DNA of 64,000 bases from Octopus sinensis (lineage: Eukaryota), in the NCBI RefSeq assembly GCF_006345805.1, contig NC_043011.1:25618464-25682463 (forward strand), in the 5' to 3' direction. A program made the translations under genes and the position numbers. Below, piece after piece: positions 26,121-39,027 of this stretch. Below the pieces are notes generated by a model, which ran no database searches, had not been told where the DNA came from, and worked only from the letters and a program-made list of their open reading frames with translations. How positions within the stretch are numbered: the first letter of the stretch is position 1; the number at the start of each line of letters is the position of its first letter.

Positions 26121-26812
26121 TTAAATAATGTCATCCCAGATAGAATGCTACAAAAACAGTGTGGTAGTCATGGCTGACATTTGATCATAGGTCTGTGTTC
26201 TATGAGGGTTGACCTGGGGCTAAACAATAACAACAACAGTAACAACCTCATATTATCCCAGTCGACAATGAGGTCTCTGTATGAGTTACTTTGCCTATTA
26301 GAAATAGCAACTGAATCTACTCTAAATCATATGGTCCTTTGACCTGCTAGAAATAGCAACCATATTTCCCTCATATCACAACCTATCATCTTAAGAAAAT
26401 AACCATCCCAAACCCTGGTACATTGGAAAATGTAGTCTAAGGTACACAATGCTTGAAAAATTTTAAATGGTCATGGCTAGAATGTCTGTTTGTATATGTC
26501 CATTCAGTCAAGAGTGAACTGAATAGTTTTTATGTAGCACCAGCACAAGCGAGGCCAGTTTTGGCATGGTTTTTACAGCTGGATGCCCTTCCAAAGATCA
26601 ACCACAGTGTGGACTGGATACTTTTTTATGTGGCACCAGCATTGGCAGGGTCACCAAGTAACTTGCAAGACAAAGAATCTTTGAGAGGGAAAGAGGGACA
26701 TTGGACGGGGTGATCTTGTGTTGGATGAAGAAAGTTTAGAGTGTGACAGAAAGGCAGAGACAGAGATAGAAACAGGTGTCTTGCTGTAGAGGAGGTACAT
26801 GGATACCTGGCC

Positions 26813-26890
<78 letters not shown>

Positions 26891-27462
26891 AAGAAGAAAG
26901 AGGACAGAAACCTATGTCTGAAAAAATAAGAAATGTAAAAAAAAAAAAGAATTAAAATACAAAGAAAAAACTAAAAACAAACAAATGATGGAATGAACAC
27001 AGCTGGCATACCTTTGGTTGCAAGGTCTGCATGATCAGATTTGATCTGGGCCTAAACAACTTAACTTAATCTTAACCTTGAACTAGGAAAGAATCAAGTT
27101 GATAATTAAATAAGAGTAGATTTAATGAGAATGTTTTAAATTTGTTTATCTACACTTTATGATAATCTCTCCGTTGGATATAATCCCCCACTTAATATAA
27201 TTCTTCCCACACAACATGTAATCTCTCCCCATTGGTTTCAATCTCCTCACATGGCTTATAATCCACCAATTGTTATAATCTCCCTCCACTGGATACTTTT
27301 ATTCTTTCTTTACAATGGATTTTACGAATGTGTTATTTTTATATTATCATCTCTATTTCTTTGTTAACAGCACAGTCTAGTTTGCTTTTACATGTTTGTG
27401 AGTACTTTTCTATGTGTGTGTTTGTTTGTATGTGCAAGTGCTTGTGTTTCTGTATGCTTGTC

Positions 27463-27519
<57 letters not shown>

Positions 27520-27597
27520 TATATCTGCATGTCTATGAACTAATTAGTCAATCTATTCTAGCAACAGACCTGATATATATACATACATACATACATA

Positions 27598-27633
<36 letters not shown>

Positions 27634-28769
27634 TATATATATGCATATACATATAGGATGGACATTTCCATTGAAGTCAACATATGAGTGTTCAGCTTTC
27701 TTATTTCTGTATTGCCCACAAGGGGCTAAACATAGAGGGGACAAACGAGGACAAACAAACGGATAAAGTCGATCGTATCAACCCCAGTGCGTAACTGGTA
27801 CTTATTTAATCAACCTTGAAAGGGTGAAAGGCAAAGTCGACCATGGCAGAATTTGAACTCAGAATGTAACGGCAGACGAAATACCGCTAAGCATTTTGCC
27901 CGGTGTGCTACTGTTTCTGCCAGCTCGTCGCGCTTCTGCTGAACGACCTTCACAATTGATTTGTTTATAGTGATCAAATGCTCATGCTGCACATTAAGCT
28001 CACCCCCTACGTCAAATCGACATTGTCTGAACAGGTGCACAAGCGTGCCACACGTCGGATGTTGAAATGATTGCAGAGCAACGCGGGATGAAGTGTTTTG
28101 CTCAAGAACACAACACACCACTGGGTCTAGGAATTGAAACCATGATCTTATGATCATGAGGGTAACACCCTGACTACTAGGCCATGCACCTTTACACATA
28201 CACACACACACACATGCATATTCCACTTGGTGACAGTTTAAAAAGAAGCTATGTCCTGTCACTTAGACTAAAGTACTCAAAGATCTGTGAGTGAAAGTGT
28301 GTGTGTGTGTGTTTGTACGTTTGTCAATTGGTAGAATCATTTTTCTTCTATTCTTTTATACGTTTCAGCCCTAAGGCTGTGGCCATGCCGGATCATTGCA
28401 GTATTTCTTCCCGCACTGGGCACTTTGAGTTCAAATCTTACTAAAGTCAACTTTGCCTTTTGTCCTTCTGGGGTGGGAGTGGCATCAATAAATAAAGTAA
28501 CAAGCCATTGCCGATTGTAACCTTAACGTCATCTAACGGTTACAATCAGGGATGCTCTATTGGAACTTGGCCAGAAAGATCAAGATGTCTGTATCTGCTC
28601 ACAACTACACAAGCATCTAAAATCATTAGTGAGAGTATGGTACACGCAGATATTCACTGAAGGTTATAATGACCTCATCATCTTCACCTTCAATGTGTAA
28701 CGTGTATACTTGGAAGACTTGTGGTGATCTTGTCATCTTCAATATTTGTGTCTGTACTATGGTGTCATT

Positions 28770-29910
28770 ATGACCATTTTCACCTTCAATAAGAACATGT
28801 AGTTGTTTAGGGGAGTCAAGATGACCTTGTTACCTTGAGTCATAACCTTGTCACCATACAAATGCTCAGTGGAATTTTAATGACCTTGTCTTGTCAGCTT
28901 CAGTATGAACATGTAGATGTTCAGGAGAGTCAAGATAACCTTGTTGCCTTCTGTATGAACATGTAGATGTTTATAGGAGTCATGATGACTGTGTCACCTG
29001 GAGTCATGGTGACCTTGTCACCTGGAGTCATGGTGACCTTGTCACCTGGAGTCATAATGACCATGTCACTTTCAGATTCAGCATGTAAATGTTCAGGGAG
29101 CCAAGATGATCTTGTTACCTTCAATATGAGCATGTAGATGTTCATGGGAGTCAGGATGACCTTGTCACCTGGAGTTATGATAACTTTGTTACCTGGAGCC
29201 ATGATAACCATGCCACCTTCAATCTCAACATATAAATGTTCAGTGGAGTTCTGATGACCTTGTCCTCTTCAGTATGAACATGTAGATGACCTTGTTACCT
29301 TCTGTATGAACATGTAAACATTTATAGGAGTCATAATGTCTGTGTCACCTAGAGTCATGGTGACCTTGTCATCTGGAGTCACAATGACCTTGTCACCTTC
29401 AATATCAACATGTAGATGTTCGGGGAATCAAGATGATCGTGTCACCTGGAGTCATGATTAAACTTGTTACCTTCAATCCCAACGTATAAATGTTCAGTAG
29501 ATGTTTATAGAAGTCATAATAACTGTGTCACCGAAGCCATGGTGACCGTGTCACTTAGAGTCACGATGACCGTGTCATCTTCAGCATCATGGGAATCAAC
29601 CTTGTTACCTGCATTCACAATGACCTTGTCACCTTCAACATCAACATGTAAATATTCAGGGATTCAAAATGACCTTGTTACCTTTGATATGAACATGTAG
29701 ATTTTCATGGGAGTCAAGATGATTTGTCACTTGGAGTCATGATAACCTTGTTGCCTGGAGTCACAATGACCATGTCACCTTCAACATCAATGTATAGTTG
29801 TTCAGGGATTCAAAATGACCTTGTTACTTTCAATATAAACATGTAGGTGATCATAGGAGTCAAGATGACCTTTTCAACTAGAGTCATGATGACCTTGTCA
29901 CCTTCAACAT
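28770..29910. repeat. Composite minisatellite of 24-bp and about 50-bp units (about 30 units)
   Basis: Short unit atgaccttgtcacctggagtc plus 3 nt; the long unit is the same with an insert carrying atgaacatgtagatgttcat. Confidence 0.9.
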
Positions 29911-30195
29911 TGTGTAGATGTTTAGTAGGGTGTTCACAACCCTATTTCCCTCTATATCATAAAGACACAATCACTATACTTTTCAAGAAAACGAGGCTAT
30001 GAGTCAACCTCTACATGGTTGAAATAACAGTCTTACAAATCCAAACTTTACAATCTTAGGACTCATTAGATTGTGTCCTAGACTTGCTAAAAATGACAGT
30101 TAAATCTCCCTTAAACCACATTCTGCTATCTTAGTAGAAGCTCATTATATATATACACACACATGCATACACACAAACATACATACACGTATGTA

Positions 30196-31462
30196 CAGGG
30201 ATTGGACAAAATAATGGAAACACCTAGCATCATAGCATCATAATTTTGAAATATCTATAAATCCATCAAAAGCTTGTTTATTTTTGTTTTTTGATTTATT
30301 ATTACTGTTGCTTAATATGTTTTGCTAAAATTGCTGTTTTCAGATATCATCAGAAAAAGGTAATTAAAATTCATTAAAATGACAGATCTATCGGACTTTC
30401 AAAGAGGTCAAATTGTTGTTGTTCATATGGCAGGTGCTAGCATAATGAAAACAGCTGAAATGTTTGGTGTATCAAGAAGTGCTGTCTTGAAAATAATGAC
30501 AGCCATTTGAGTTAGAGGGAAAAACCTCCTTGTCGAAACAAAACTCCAGAAGAAAACCAAAACTTTCAGATAGGGACTGTCGGACTCTTACGCAAATTAT
30601 TAGAAAGGATCAGAAAAGTACAGCTCCCAAAATTATTGCAGAGCTTAATGACCACCTCGGGAACCCAGTTTCTACAAAACTGTTCGCTGAGAGCTGCACA
30701 AAGCTGGATTTCATTGGGGGGCTGCAATCAGAAAACCACTACTTTCAAAAACAGATGTTGCAAAGCATTTAGAGTGGAGTGAAAACCTACAGGATTGGTC
30801 CCTAGAGCAGTGGAAGAATGTTATTTTCTCAGATGAGTCATCCTTTACCCTATTTCCTACCACTGGCCAAGTAATGTGTGGAGACAGCCAAAAGAAGCAT
30901 TCGATCCAGACTGCCTTCTTCCAACTGTTAAACACAGAGGAGGATCTGTGATAATCGGGGGTAGGCTATATCTTGAAAATCCGCTGGCCCAATGGTTTCC
31001 CTCATGGCAGAATTAAAAGTCAAGACTATTTAAGCATTTTATCTGATTAAATTCCTCTTATGGTTGTTGAACTGTTTCTGGAGGGAAATGCAATCTTTCA
31101 GGATGATAATGCACCAATTCATACAGCTAAAGCTGTTACTGAATGGCATGAGGAACATTCTAGTGAAGTTGAACATCTTATCTGGCCACCACAGTCCCCA
31201 GATCTCAATATTATTGAACATTCATGGTGTATTTTAGAAAAACAAGTAAGGAGTTGATATCCTCCACCATCATCACTACAAGAACTGGAAACTGTTTTAG
31301 CTGAAGAATGGACAAAAATTCCTTTGGAAACAATTCAAACTTTGTACAAGTCCATGCCTCATAGAATTCAAGCAGTAATTACTGCCAAAGGCGGTCCTAC
31401 TCCATATTAAAATAAATTTGTTTGAAATTTTAAGGTTTTTCCATTATCTTGTCCAACCCCTG
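30196..31462 (+). mobile_element. Full-length decayed Tc1-like transposon with DD36E triad
   Basis: TA TSDs; TIRs caggg(a/g)ttggacaa(a/g)ataatggaaa; MTDLSDFQRGQIV start, FSDES, and QDDNAP...SPDLNIIE with 36 residues between D and E. Confidence 0.92.
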
Positions 31463-32106
31463 TATGTGTGTATGTGTGTATCCTTGTCTTGATATTGTGT
31501 GATGGTTGTAAACGTGCATCATTGCCATAAAAGCACTGTTATTTGTTTCCTGTCCTCTTTGGAAAACATCTCTGGCTGTGTGGAAATATTACCTTGCTCA
31601 AAAGCAGAAAGGGTATCCAACCATAGAAATTAGCCTCAATAAATTTTGTCTGACCCATGCAGACGTGGAAAAATGGATGTTAAATGATGATGATGATAAT
31701 GATAACGATGATATGTATATGTGTGTGTGTGATGGTCTGTATTACTCTGGCCTCTAAGGTGGCGAGCTGTTAGAATTGTTAGCATCCCAGGCAAAATGCT
31801 TAACATTTTGTCTGTCATTATGTTCTGAGTCCAAATTCTCCCGAGGTCTACTTTGCCTTTCATCCTTTCAGGGTCGATGAAATAAGTACTAGTTGAGCTT
31901 TGGGGTTAATGTAATCAACTATCCCCCTCCCCTAAATTGAGGCACACGAACCATTACACTACAAAAAGGTTGGATCTTCAGGTGAGAAGATGGTGGTAAG
32001 TTGTTCTGTAAAATTTACAAGTTCTGTCCCTCCCTGGTCAGTCTAAGAAATATAAAAAGACAACAAACTGATCTTGTGTTTTACTTCCCTTTTTTTTTTA
32101 ATGTAG

Positions 32107-32272
32107 GAAAAGTGCTGCTGAGTCTTCACCACCATACAGTGCACGATCATCTCCCAAGAGGGAACCGTTACTGAGCAGTCTTGAGAAGAAAAGTGCATCA
32201 CTGGACAGTTGCAACAGTAGGAAGGAGAAATTAGCATCAAGGTCAAGAGGTCATCTGAAATTGACTCCAAAG
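32107..32272 (+). CDS. CCDC177: CCDC177-like exon: KSAAESSPPYSARSSPKREPLLSSLEKKSASLDSCNSRKEKLASRSRGHLKLTPK
   Basis: Long pyrimidine tract then atgtag|G; AAG|gtgag donor; 166 nt (1 + 55 codons). KSASLDS resembles RKSHSLDS of vertebrate CCDC177 as I recall it. Confidence 0.85.
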
Positions 32273-32630
32273 GTGAGATAATTCAAGGAAATGGAATTAT
32301 AATTCATAGTTTCATTGAGTGTTTTTCTTCTTTTTTTCTTTTGTGGGAGGGTTGTAAGATGCTGTTGTATGTAGGGATGGATCTGTGAAGTCAGGTATTT
32401 GAAAATTAATTCTTTGCTGCGAATTTTATTTTATTTGTTTCAATCATTTGAATGCGGCCATGCTGGAGCACCACCTTTAGTCGAGCAAATTGACCCCAGA
32501 ACGTATTCTTTGTAAGCCCAGTACTTATTCTATCCGTTACTCTTGCTGAACTGCTAAGCTATGGGGACATAAATACACCAGCATCGGTTGTCAAGCAATG
32601 TTGGGGGGACAAACATAGACACACAAACAT

Positions 32631-32688
<58 letters not shown>

Positions 32689-33334
32689 GGCTTCCTTCAG
32701 TTTCCGTCTACCAAATCCACTCACAAGGCTTTGGTCAGCCCAAGGCTATAGTAGAAGACACTTGCCCAAGGTGCCATGCAGTGGGACTGAACCCGGTCCC
32801 ATGTGGCTGGTAAGCAAGCTACTTACCACACAACCATTTCCTACAAATGGGAATAAGGGACTTTTTAATAACTGTATAATAATTGTCATCATCTCCACCA
32901 CCACCACCACCACCACAAATATCATTGTCATAATCACCATCATCATCATCTACTGTCAGCACTGCCACCACCACCACCACCATCATCATCACCATATTTT
33001 TTCCTTTCAATGCTGGCATAGGTGAGATGAAACAGTAATAATATCATTGATTGAATGAATTGTTTTGTGCTTAAAACTTATTTCCACTTCAAAAACTGAA
33101 TGGACTTTTTCAGCCTACCCAATATATATATATATATATAATCTTTTTCTTTTTTCAGTCATTAAACTGAGACCATGCTAGGGCACTGCCTTAAATTTTT
33201 AGTCAAGCTGGTTGACCCCAGTACTTATATTTTTTTAAAGCCTGCCACTTATTCTATCGGTCTCTTTTGCTGAATTGCTAAGTTACAGGGACATAAACAC
33301 ATGAACACTGGTTGTCAAGTGGCAGTAGGGGACA

Positions 33335-33376
<42 letters not shown>

Positions 33377-33524
33377 ACAAGCTTCTTTCAGTTTCCATCT
33401 ACCAAATTTGCTCAAAAGGCTTTGGTTGCTCTGAGGATATAGTAGAAGACACTTGCCCAATGTGCCACAGCATGGGACTGAACTCAGAAACATGTAGTTG
33501 GGAAGCAAACTTCTTCCCACACAT

Positions 33525-33562
<38 letters not shown>

Positions 33563-33667
33563 TTCACTAGATAACCAAATTTATATAACTACTATACACA
33601 GCGAAATAACCAAAAATAAATATCTTGTCACTACTGCTGCTCTCTGTGTGTTTGTATTTCTGTACAG

Positions 33668-33856
33668 GACCAGAAAATTCTGGATGTGATGAAGAGCAGA
33701 AGAGAAAATGAAAGAGCTTGCTGCCAGAGACGACAGATGCTGCATCATCAGTGGGAGAGAGAAAAAAGACAAGAAGAAATGGTGAAAAGCACTTTGGAGA
33801 ATATCAGAAGAAAGATGATAAGAGTTGCTAATTTAAAATCTGAGAAAAACCTGAAT
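33668..33856 (+). CDS. CCDC177: CCDC177-like exon: DQKILDVMKSRRENERACCQRRQMLHHQWEREKRQEEMVKSTLENIRRKMIRVANLKSEKNLN
   Basis: tgtacag|GAC ... AAT|gtaagt, 189 nt, phase 0-0; resembles the DRKIAALM..H.QWE motif of the CCDC177/185 family. Confidence 0.9.
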
Positions 33857-34309
33857 GTAAGTCTGCTTAGTTAACCTTTCCTAAACAATGGCTGCATACA
33901 GCACTCTTTTGTTACCAACCCGGCTGAAACCAGCTCTGGCTCTGAGTACAAATATCTTGTTTTCATAAGTTTTGAATTAAAATCTTCCACCAAACCTTAG
34001 TCATAATTTGTGTTCCTAACACTAGCTGAATGATAACTAAGTTATTTTACTCAATTCTTTGTTATATTTAAAGTAATTGAAAGAAACACAGAGCATCTCA
34101 ACAGAAATACAGTAACAAAAGGGTTAAAATGGAAGAATTGTTGCACAGGTGTAGCTGGAGCTGCCCTTGAGTTTTCCACCCACCCCACCTAATCCCCTGA
34201 GCACTCACAAAAAATGCATGCAGCTCAAAAATGTTGCCCTTGGTCCCTTTTACCCCCTTGCCATTTCACCCCTTGGCCTCCTTATCCCCTTGCCCCTACT
34301 GCTCCCTTT

Positions 34310-34399
34310 GACATATAAACTGCAGTATAGATTGTTATTTTTGACGGTTTATGTTGCACATTTGTCAAAAATAACAATCTATACTGCAGTTTATATGTC
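34310..34399. repeat. Perfect inverted repeat with 36-bp arms and 18-nt loop
   Basis: GACATATAAACTGCAGTATAGATTGTTATTTTTGAC and its exact reverse complement. Confidence 0.95.
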
Positions 34400-34849
34400 T
34401 CTTTCTCTCTCTCTCTTTCTTCCCCCTCACTCTCTCTACTTAGCCAATTTTTGTTTAAATTATGCAAATTACCCAGGCCATAAATGAATTCTACATTTTT
34501 TTTGTATTAGTCTAAGTTCCTTGACTATTGGAGATAAGGTCAAACAATTGTTGCTCTAGTGATGGCTACTGAGCCAGAAGCATGTGCTTTTGGCTATCCT
34601 CTTCTATCTCTGGACAATAAACCTGTCCTTTTATCTCATGGCTTGTCAGCTTTGGAGAATTCTTGATTCTTGTGATTATTTCCCCCTTCCCAAGGGGAAC
34701 TGGTCTCAGTTGCCATTTGGTAATTATGATACTTCCTCTAGAGGTGGAGATAATTTGAATAAGCCACAAAATTATGTTTGTATGGTATTTGATTTACTTG
34801 TATTTATCTATGTTGCTCAAATACATGGCACTGGCCACACTGAGTTATT

Positions 34850-34901
<52 letters not shown>

Positions 34902-35197
34902 TAATTACAAGGACACATTAAAGTGTCTACCTGCTAGAAATGAGAGTTAAAACCCTTATTTGGACAGCCAAAAAATTTACACTGAAAATTATAGTGGGAT
35001 TTTTTGAGGAAGTGATGTATGGCCAAATGCTTTTCATGTTGTCAACCCTGTTAGTTGTCTTATAACATGAGACGATGCAGTGTACTTATTGCAAGACTAA
35101 AATAACAAACTAAAAAGAAAAACATTAACGTCACAATGCATTCAATCTCTCTGTTTGCAATTTTTAACTAATTACCCACTGCCAATCTGTTTTGAAG

Positions 35198-35311
35198 GAG
35201 ATCTGGGAAGAAGAAAGCAAGAAACTTGAAGATATAGATGCCACAACGCCGGCTGATGATGGTTCTATGACACACAGAAGTGACCAGTTGCTGGAGGAAC
35301 TGATAAAGAAG
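35198..35311 (+). CDS. CCDC177: CCDC177-like exon: EIWEEESKKLEDIDATTPADDGSMTHRSDQLLEELIKK
   Basis: tttgaag|GAG ... AAG|gttagt, 114 nt, phase 0-0. Confidence 0.85.
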
Positions 35312-35421
35312 GTTAGTAGTACACACTTGTCATTGGGGTTGTTGTTGTTAATGTTGTGTTCAGCTTTTAACCTGTTAAAAATTGATGATAGAATGTCATT
35401 CTACAGTAGTGCACTGCTTAA

Positions 35422-35866
35422 CCCTTTTGCTACCATATTTCTATGGCAATACACTGCCTTTGTTCCTGTTAATTTTGAAAATAACGAAAATTTGGTAAAA
35501 TATCTTTGTCTTTATTAAACCTCTAGCATTTCAACCAGCCACATCTGGCTCAAATATTCTACCTGCCTAATCTTCAAACTAGCCAGATTTGGCCTCTCAT
35601 ACCTATCCTACAGTGTAATTCTAAAAATAAATAATCACACCATAGAAATCCCAAAGGCATGAAATAATGCATGATCAATTCAAAACAATGTGAATACATA
35701 AGTGTTGCATTTGGCAGAATATTCTAAATGCTAAAAGGTTAAGCTGATGTTTAGAATATGAATTAACAAGAAATGCCGATGGAATGTTTTAACTTTGATA
35801 ACTTTTAAATGAAAATTTTGTATCATAGAACCAGTAGTGTTCTTAGACGGGTTGGTGTCAAGAAGG
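35422..35866. mobile_element. Nested pair of TTAA-flanked piggyBac-like MITEs
   Basis: Outer element has TTAA at 35418 and 35867; inner element has TTAA at 35515 and 35739 with ctagcattt / aaatgctaaaagg ends. Confidence 0.6.
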
Positions 35867-36099
35867 TTAAGAACTGCTGCTGTAACCATTTCATGACACT
35901 CTAACCATTTGTGGCACCCTGGCTCATTTTGTGACACCTTAAAAATTTTTGAGACACCTTATTTCATTTGGTGTGAGGGCATGTGGTGTGGCCTAGTGGT
36001 TATATTCTTTGGTTTATTATAATATGGTTATTAGTTTAATTCCTGGACCAAGAGGTACATTATCACCAAGAACAAGGCACTTCATTTTATATTGCTTTG

Positions 36100-37560
36100 A
36101 TTGCAGAGCCCTGAGGACCATTGAGAAAATCAAATGCAACCATCACGTTTCCAACAAAGAGCTGTGTGCATGCGCACATCAGCCCACAGCCTCCCATTAG
36201 ATCATCCTACAAGGGCTTTACTCTCATTCGACACAACAACTGCGGGCTGGAAGAGGCCTTGTAGCAGGCTCCAAAACCAGATGGCTGGACGTGTTTGGGG
36301 AAAATCTCCAGAGGCTCAACGTCACTTTAGAGGATGCAGAGGGGCTGGTATGGACTGCCTGCGATGGAGAGCACTAGTGGACCTGGTCATTTTCTAAAGC
36401 GTTCGATTCTGTAGATAGGTACAAGATGTTTGAAATCCTAAAGCTCTATGGGATACTAGACAAAATCATTTCTGCCATCAAGGTCCTCTACACAGATACG
36501 TCTTCAACCATCTTAACCCCTGACGGAGAAACATCATCTTTCTCAATCAGAGCCAGAATACTGCAGGGAGACACACTCGCCCCATTTCATTTCATCATTG
36601 TTGTTGATTATGTGCTACGTATGTCAGTTGATACCATCTCTGGCAAGGGCTTTGAAATAAAACCAAGAAGAAGTTCCAGACACCCAGCTGAGTACTTGAC
36701 AGACACTGACTTTGCTGACGACATTGCTCTTATCAGTGATTCTCTCTCCAATGCCCAGTCTCTTTTACAATCTCTTGAACAAGCCTCATATTGTGTAGGT
36801 CTTTACCTCAATGAGGCCAAAACTGAATACATAAACAAGTGCCTGTCCAACAGTGATTGCATCATCCATACTCTCAACAATGCACCCTTAAATATGGTTT
36901 CTGATTATAAATATCTTGGGTCATACATATCATCATCTGGAAAAGACTTTCTAACTAGAAAGGGTATGGCCTGGTCAGCCTGTAATGACATGCATAAGAT
37001 CTGGTCATCAAATCTAAGTAGAGACTTCAAACATGAAATCTTCAAAGCCACAGTCGAACCAATTCTACTATATGGCTCAGAAACCTGGACGTTATCAAAG
37101 AAGCTTAAGAGGCGGTTGGATGGAACCTACACCCGCTTCCTTATGAGAGTTCAAAATCTCTCGTGGAAGCGCCATCCAACCAAAATGCAAATATATGGGA
37201 AACTACCATCTGCGTCATCTCTTGTGAAAGGTGGGAGAGTCCAGTTTGCTGGACATTGTTGTAGAGCTGAAAAAGAAGTAATTTCTACTCTTCTCCTCTG
37301 GAAGCCATCTACTCGCAATACCAGAGGGCGCACACTCTCCTACCCTGATGTAATCTCCAGGGATACAGGCATCCAGCAACAGGGCCTCCGTAATGCCATG
37401 ATGGACCATGAAGTCTGGCGTAGCATGGTAAATTCCATTGTCTCGACCACGGTTGAACAATGATGATAATGATGATGAACCTGGTCAGCTCTACGCATGA
37501 TGACATCTCTGAGACCACTAACCTAAGATGACCCCAGCCCCATCTAGCAAGAGCATGAAG
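36100..37560 (+). mobile_element. Older LINE 3' end, split by an RTE insertion
   Basis: Reads across the insertion as ...WRALVDLV|SSTHDDISETTNLR*, preceded by a GWKRP..R region. Confidence 0.7.
36390..37478 (+). mobile_element. Young 5'-truncated RTE-like LINE with an uninterrupted RT C-terminal ORF (to 37463)
   Basis: FSKAFDS, LQGDTLAP, DFADD, YKYLG, YGSETW; (TGA)n tail; 9-bp TSD ACCTGGTCA at 36381 and 37479. Confidence 0.92.
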
Positions 37561-38973
37561 CAGCAGCAGGCAGCAAGCAATTTATGCAGTTTTAATGGGA
37601 AGTATTCATTATGGAGCTGGTGCAACTCTCTCTCTCTCTCTCTCCCTCTGTTATCATATCCTGGATGTTCCACTGGTTCAAAGTTCATGGTGGCAAGAGA
37701 GTGTTTACACATGCCTTTGCAGGTACATAGAGAGACTGTTGGTTGAACCGCTGATGCTACTATATCATTTTGTAACATCTTGACATCTCCTTGAGTGTTG
37801 TGTAGCTCCCTGATGCATTTCATTAATTCTTTTGATATCAATCACCTACGATAGACTGCTCCTGGTTTTATGAGAAAAATTCTTGTTTTAAAGAGAGTTA
37901 AATTAAATCCTTCCATCAAAATTCATGTTAATTTATGTTTCAAACACCATTTTGATAACTGTTTCAGCTTTTGACAAAAGGTTAGCAAGTTTGGGTGAGT
38001 GGGTAAGTCATTTACATTGACCCCCAGTACCCAACTGGTACTTATTTTATTGACCCTGAGAAAATGGGAGGCAATGTCAACCTCAGTGGAATTTGAACTC
38101 AGAATGTAAAGACAGATGAAGTACCACTTAATCATTTTACCCAGCATGCTAATGATTCTGCCAGAACGTCATTTTAATAATGACAAAGTTAATTAAATAA
38201 ATTCTTTATTATTTTCAAAATTCATCATCATCATCATCGTTTAACATCTGCTTTCCATGCTAGCATGGGTTGGATGGTTTGACTGAGGACTGGCGAACCA
38301 GATGGCTGCACCAGGCTCCAATCTTGATCTGGCAGAGTTTCTACAGCTGGATGCCCTTCCTAATGTCAACCACTCCAAGAGTGTAGTGGGTGCTTTTACG
38401 TGCCACCAGCATGAGGGCCAGTCAGGCAGTACTGGCAACGGCCATGGAAAAATCATGTTTTTTTTTTTACGTGTCACCTGCACACCGGCACAAGTGCCAG
38501 TAAGGCGAAGCTAGTAATGATCATGCTCGAATGGTGCTTTTTACATACCACTGGCACGAACGCCAGTTAGCTGCTCTGGTAATGATCACACTCGGATGGT
38601 GTTCTTAGTGCTCCACTAGCACGGACAGATGCCAGTCATTGAATTTGATTTCGAGTTCACTTGCCTCAACAGGTTTTCGCAAGCAGTGTCCAATGAAGGG
38701 AAGGTACGCATAAGAGAAGTGTCCAATGAAGGGAAGGTATGCATAAGCAGAGAAAAAAAAAGCAAGCAGTGTGTCCCAACAGAAAAACAATAGTAAAAGG
38801 GCTGACCATTTTGTGACTCTAACTATTTGTTGGTACTTTAGATTATTTTGTAACTCTCTGACATTTTTTTTTTGTGACATATTGGTCAATTTGATGTCCT
38901 GATCTTTACAAGGACACTCTGAAATTTTATGGTGTCTTGGTTTGACCGACCTGGCCATTTATACTGTTTGCAG

Positions 38974-39027
38974 GAGGAGGTGAGAGTCCGAATGAGTAAC
39001 AGGAGAAAACAGAAAAAGAAACATCAG
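38974..39027 (+). CDS. CCDC177: CCDC177-like exon: EEVRVRMSNRRKQKKKHQ
   Basis: tttgcag|GAG ... CAG|gtaagc, 54 nt, phase 0-0. Confidence 0.8.

Noticed and set aside
28548-28700. Possible exon cag|GGATGCTCTATTGGAAC (DALLELGQKDQDV...)
   Set aside because: There is no pyrimidine tract and no good donor before the stop. The adjacent 10-bp hairpin (28513-28547) is too short to interpret.
28770-29910. CRISPR-like array or coding repeat (MTPGDKVT)
   Set aside because: The context is eukaryotic, there are no unique spacers or cas genes, and the about 50-bp unit breaks the frame repeatedly.
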